From an uncultured Pseudomonadota bacterium (GTDB taxonomy: Bacteria; Oederibacteriota; Muellerivitia; Muellerivitales; Muellerivitaceae), in the NCBI GenBank assembly GCA_963843375.1, contig CAWJKT010000011.1:320001-384000 (forward strand): 64,000 bases of DNA. Direction: 5' to 3'. This document shows, piece after piece, positions 61,384 to 64,000 of the stretch (position 1 is the first letter of the stretch; each line of letters starts with the position of its first letter). Both the position numbers and the translations under genes were made by a program. The notes below the pieces were generated by a model, which was given only the letters and a program-made list of their open reading frames with translations, made no database searches and had not been told where the DNA came from.

Positions 61384-61432
61384 TCTAACTTTCTTCCTGC
61401 GTATCAATTCTCTTCGGATAAGGAAAACTAAA

Positions 61433-61552
61433 ATGGCAAAAAGAACTAGGGGCGCGAGGATGGTGGCCGCGAAAAAAAGAGCCGCGAAACGACATGGAGG
61501 CAAGGGGATGGTTAAGAACAGGACCATCGGCAAGCACATCATGAAGACCTAG
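61433..61552 (+). CDS. 39-aa highly basic peptide
   Basis: RBS AAGGA; MAKRTRGARMVAAKKRAAKRHGGKGMVKNRTIGKHIMKT directly after the promoter. Confidence 0.55.
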   Translation: MAKRTRGARMVAAKKRAAKRHGGKGMVKNRTIGKHIMKT

Positions 61553-61617
61553 TGGTAAAGAGTGTAATCCCTAATCACAGGTGTTCCGAGTCGTCATCAA
61601 TCGCTACGGGAGAAATT

Positions 61618-62385
61618 ATGAAATCGATGGTTTTTAGTGTCCTCAAATTCACGGGAGCCTGTTTGCTTCTCTTTGCTTTTTCCTTCATGGTTGGAACGAA
61701 AGTTCTTTCCGCCGAACCCACCCTTATTCACCTGAATTTCCAAAATGATCAGGGTCAGCCGGTCGAAGTGACCCGCGCGACCTTGGTTTTAGTGGCCGGA
61801 AGTTATGTCGATAAATTGCCATTGGAAATTACCAACCACGGGTTGGATCTTCCATTGGACCCTTCCTGGTTGAAAGCCAACTGGCCCGGGGGCATTAGCC
61901 GCTTTAAAAATATGGACCGAGCCTATGTATTTCTGAAAGCCCCGGGTTACGCCTCAATTTGCTCGGACCCGATTCACTGGATCGGAACCGAAGCGGACGG
62001 TCTGGGAAAAGACGTTATCATTTCCTTTCCATACGGCAAAACAATAGCGATCTCGCGAGGGCAGACGGTTTCTTTCACGGTGACTCTTCGAAGGGCTACC
62101 GACCGGTTTTTGAAGCTTTCGGATGGGAAGGGCAGGCCTCTTGTGGGGGTCCAGGTTAAATCCTACATTTATTGGTCCAAAACGGATGATGGTGACTTGA
62201 ACGGATCAGATTTTTTAAGCGAAGGAACCAGTGATGAAACGGGACGAGTCCCAGTGATGGATGGTGATTTCATTTATGCCTTTCAAGTGACTCCAAAGAC
62301 TGTTGACGGCAATAAGGCCGCCACCGTGCTCATTGTGAGGCGTTTTGAAGGTAAGGAATATCCTGCCACCGTGCAAAATGATTAA
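61618..62385 (+). CDS. Secreted hypothetical protein (carboxypeptidase-regulatory-like beta sandwiches)
   Basis: RBS GGAG; signal peptide; DQGQPV, APGY, DGKGRPLVGVQV, SDETGRV. Confidence 0.65.
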   Translation: MKSMVFSVLKFTGACLLLFAFSFMVGTKVLSAEPTLIHLNFQNDQGQPVEVTRATLVLVAGSYVDKLPLEITNHGLDLPLDPSWLKANWPGGISRFKNMDRAYVFLKAPGYASICSDPIHWIGTEADGLGKDVIISFPYGKTIAISRGQTVSFTVTLRRATDRFLKLSDGKGRPLVGVQVKSYIYWSKTDDGDLNGSDFLSEGTSDETGRVPVMDGDFIYAFQVTPKTVDGNKAATVLIVRRFEGKEYPATVQND

Positions 62386-62582
62386 TCACGGATTAGGCGA
62401 CGGAATAAGCTTAATATCGGTGTTTTTGGAGATTTGAATGAAGGTGGTACCCAAGTTTTGACGCAACAGGGTTTTCAACCAAGGAAAGAGAAAAAGTAGA
62501 TAGGCGGTTGATTCGATTGTTGAGTTAACCGAGTTCAATTAAGTTGTTTTTTAAAACAGTTCGTTAAAGAAAAGAGGAAGCT

Positions 62583-63095
62583 ATGTTTTCGGATTTGAAA
62601 AAAGTTTTGACAGTTGGCTTGATGATGGCAGGAGTTCTTTTGTTTCCGGTATGCGTGCGAGCTGACTCGGATTATCACCCTTCCAATTATGGGGGTAATT
62701 TTGGTTTGGGGTTAGAGGTAGGTGATCCAGGCGACTGGGGCATTACCGGCAAGATCTGGATGGATCGAGTCAACGCTTTCCAACCGGCGGTGAAATTCGA
62801 CTCCGCGGGTGATGTTCTCTTGCAACTAGATTATTTATGGCACAATTTCGACATCATCCAGATGCGGGACACCGAGGGGGAGATGCCGCTTTATATCGGA
62901 GTTGGTGGCGACCTGTTGCTTCAAGATACAGTGCAAATCGCGGCCCGCGTTCCGTTGGGAATCTCCTACATTTTCGATAAGCGGAACGTGCCGATAGACA
63001 TTTATTTGCAAGCCGTGCCGACCCTTTGGTTTTTCAGCGACGGTCTTACGTCGTTCGATGTTTATGGTGAATTGGGAGCGCATTACTACTTTTGA
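62583..63095 (+). CDS. Small outer-membrane beta-barrel (DUF3996-like)
   Basis: Signal peptide; FGLGL.VG.P..GITGK, DYLWH, YIGVGG, ARVPLG, C-terminal HYYF. Confidence 0.75.
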   Translation: MFSDLKKVLTVGLMMAGVLLFPVCVRADSDYHPSNYGGNFGLGLEVGDPGDWGITGKIWMDRVNAFQPAVKFDSAGDVLLQLDYLWHNFDIIQMRDTEGEMPLYIGVGGDLLLQDTVQIAARVPLGISYIFDKRNVPIDIYLQAVPTLWFFSDGLTSFDVYGELGAHYYF

Positions 63096-63121
63096 GCAGT
63101 GAATAAGAAAGGATGTTCAAA

Positions 63122-63268
63122 ATGTTGTTTACGATCGCGGCAGTCTTGGTTGTTCTTTGGCTTTTAGGTTTCGTGAGTTCCTACACCTTCGGCGGCTATA
63201 TCCATGTACTTTTGGTGATCGCCCTCATTGTTTTAATTTTTGGCTTTTTTCAAGGCCGGAGGGCCTGA
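63122..63268 (+). CDS. lmo0937-family small membrane protein, copy 1 (absent from ORF track)
   Basis: MLFTIAAVLVVLWLLGFVSSYTFGGYIHVLLVIALIVLIFGFFQGRRA. Confidence 0.88.
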   Translation: MLFTIAAVLVVLWLLGFVSSYTFGGYIHVLLVIALIVLIFGFFQGRRA

Positions 63269-63295
63269 TTTTCATCCAGAGAAAGACGGTGCAAA

Positions 63296-63442
63296 ATGTT
63301 TTTCACAATTGCGGCACTTTTGTTGATTCTTTGGCTTTTGGGACTGATTAGTTCCTACACACTGGGCGGTTACATCCATATTCTCCTGTTGATCGCCCTC
63401 GTTTTTTTAATTGTCGGTTTCTTCGTTCCCCGGCGAGGTTGA
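63296..63442 (+). CDS. lmo0937-family small membrane protein, copy 2 (absent from ORF track)
   Basis: MFFTIAALLLILWLLGLISSYTLGGYIHILLLIALVFLIVGFFVPRRG. Confidence 0.85.
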   Translation: MFFTIAALLLILWLLGLISSYTLGGYIHILLLIALVFLIVGFFVPRRG

Positions 63443-63656
63443 TTTTCCCGCAAGGAATCCGTCGAGTTCAACTGGGACTTGAAAAAGAAATATTGGTTCA
63501 TTTTGAATAAGACTAACGAGATGAACCTTATTTCGTAAGAGATTTATTCGGCGAGTTTTTCTTGCGCCTTTAAAAATCAAACGCCTCATTACATGGGATG
63601 AAACCGAAGTGAAAGTCCGGGGTTTATTTCCGGAATAAATAAGAAAGCAGGCGACG

Positions 63657-64000
63657 ATGTCACTCTCAAAAGAAACGGTACTGGAATCGTTGAAACAAGA
63701 CCACGTGATGGTTTTGAACGTTCTTCCGGAAGTGGAGTTCGAAAAGCTTCATATCGAAGGTTCCCGCAACCTCCCATTGACACATGACCCTGGCGCTTTT
63801 GCCGAGGCTGTGGAAAAACTATACGGGAAAAAAAGATTTTTCATCATTTACGGATCCAACATTACCAGCCACGCCGCCATCATTGCTTCTAGTGCCCTGC
63901 AGAAAAGGGGTTTCAAAGCCGAAGTCTACCTCAGTGGTATGAAGGGATGGAACGAAGCCGGCTTTCCCACGGCAGGGACCGATGCCCCGAAAAAGGCGGC
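63657..64000 (+). CDS. Rhodanese-like domain protein (runs off the window end)
   Basis: VLNVLP..FEKLHIEGSRNLP, IIYG, L.KRGF, YLSGMKGWNEAGFP. Confidence 0.8.
   Translation, partial: MSLSKETVLESLKQDHVMVLNVLPEVEFEKLHIEGSRNLPLTHDPGAFAEAVEKLYGKKRFFIIYGSNITSHAAIIASSALQKRGFKAEVYLSGMKGWNEAGFPTAGTDAPKKA

Noticed and set aside
17588..64000. Island as a prophage, ICE or transposon
   Set aside because: No integrase, transposase, tRNA attachment site or phage structural genes are visible in the window.

Overview
Bacterial window, probably a long-read assembly because several conserved genes carry single-base frameshifts. No rRNA, tRNA, CRISPR array, transposase or integrase was seen. 1-6.1 kb is the tail of a respiratory locus: c-type cytochrome, lipoprotein, heme A and heme O synthases, ABC-2 pair, SCO and DUF420. 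6-17.6 kb holds mixed accessory genes: Thr-stalk lipoprotein, YbhB/YbcL, VOC, Sel1, thioredoxin-like, AIPR, Zn-finger rhomboid, and a C39 peptidase with a likely substrate. About 17.6-64 kb is a general-stress-type island: Fe-SOD, two DoxX, two DUF2934, a caa3 oxidase plus Rieske/cytochrome b operon, four DUF3494 ice-binding-type lipoproteins, BON, a poly-HAMP hybrid kinase with two output-less receivers, YihY, LysM, AI-2E, cyclic beta-1,2-glucan synthase, GlsB/YeaQ, YceI, a cardiolipin synthase-like PLD, GGDEF, two lmo0937-type proteins and a rhodanese. The most striking unannotated signal is regulatory. I find 13 sigma54-type -24/-12 promoters (GG-N10-GC), served by about 11 copies of a paired box ATCAAAATGAK...ATCATTTTGAT. 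This suggests one sigma54/enhancer-driven general stress (cold/osmotic) regulon whose activator is not encoded in the window. All family calls come from motif recognition by eye, with no database searches.
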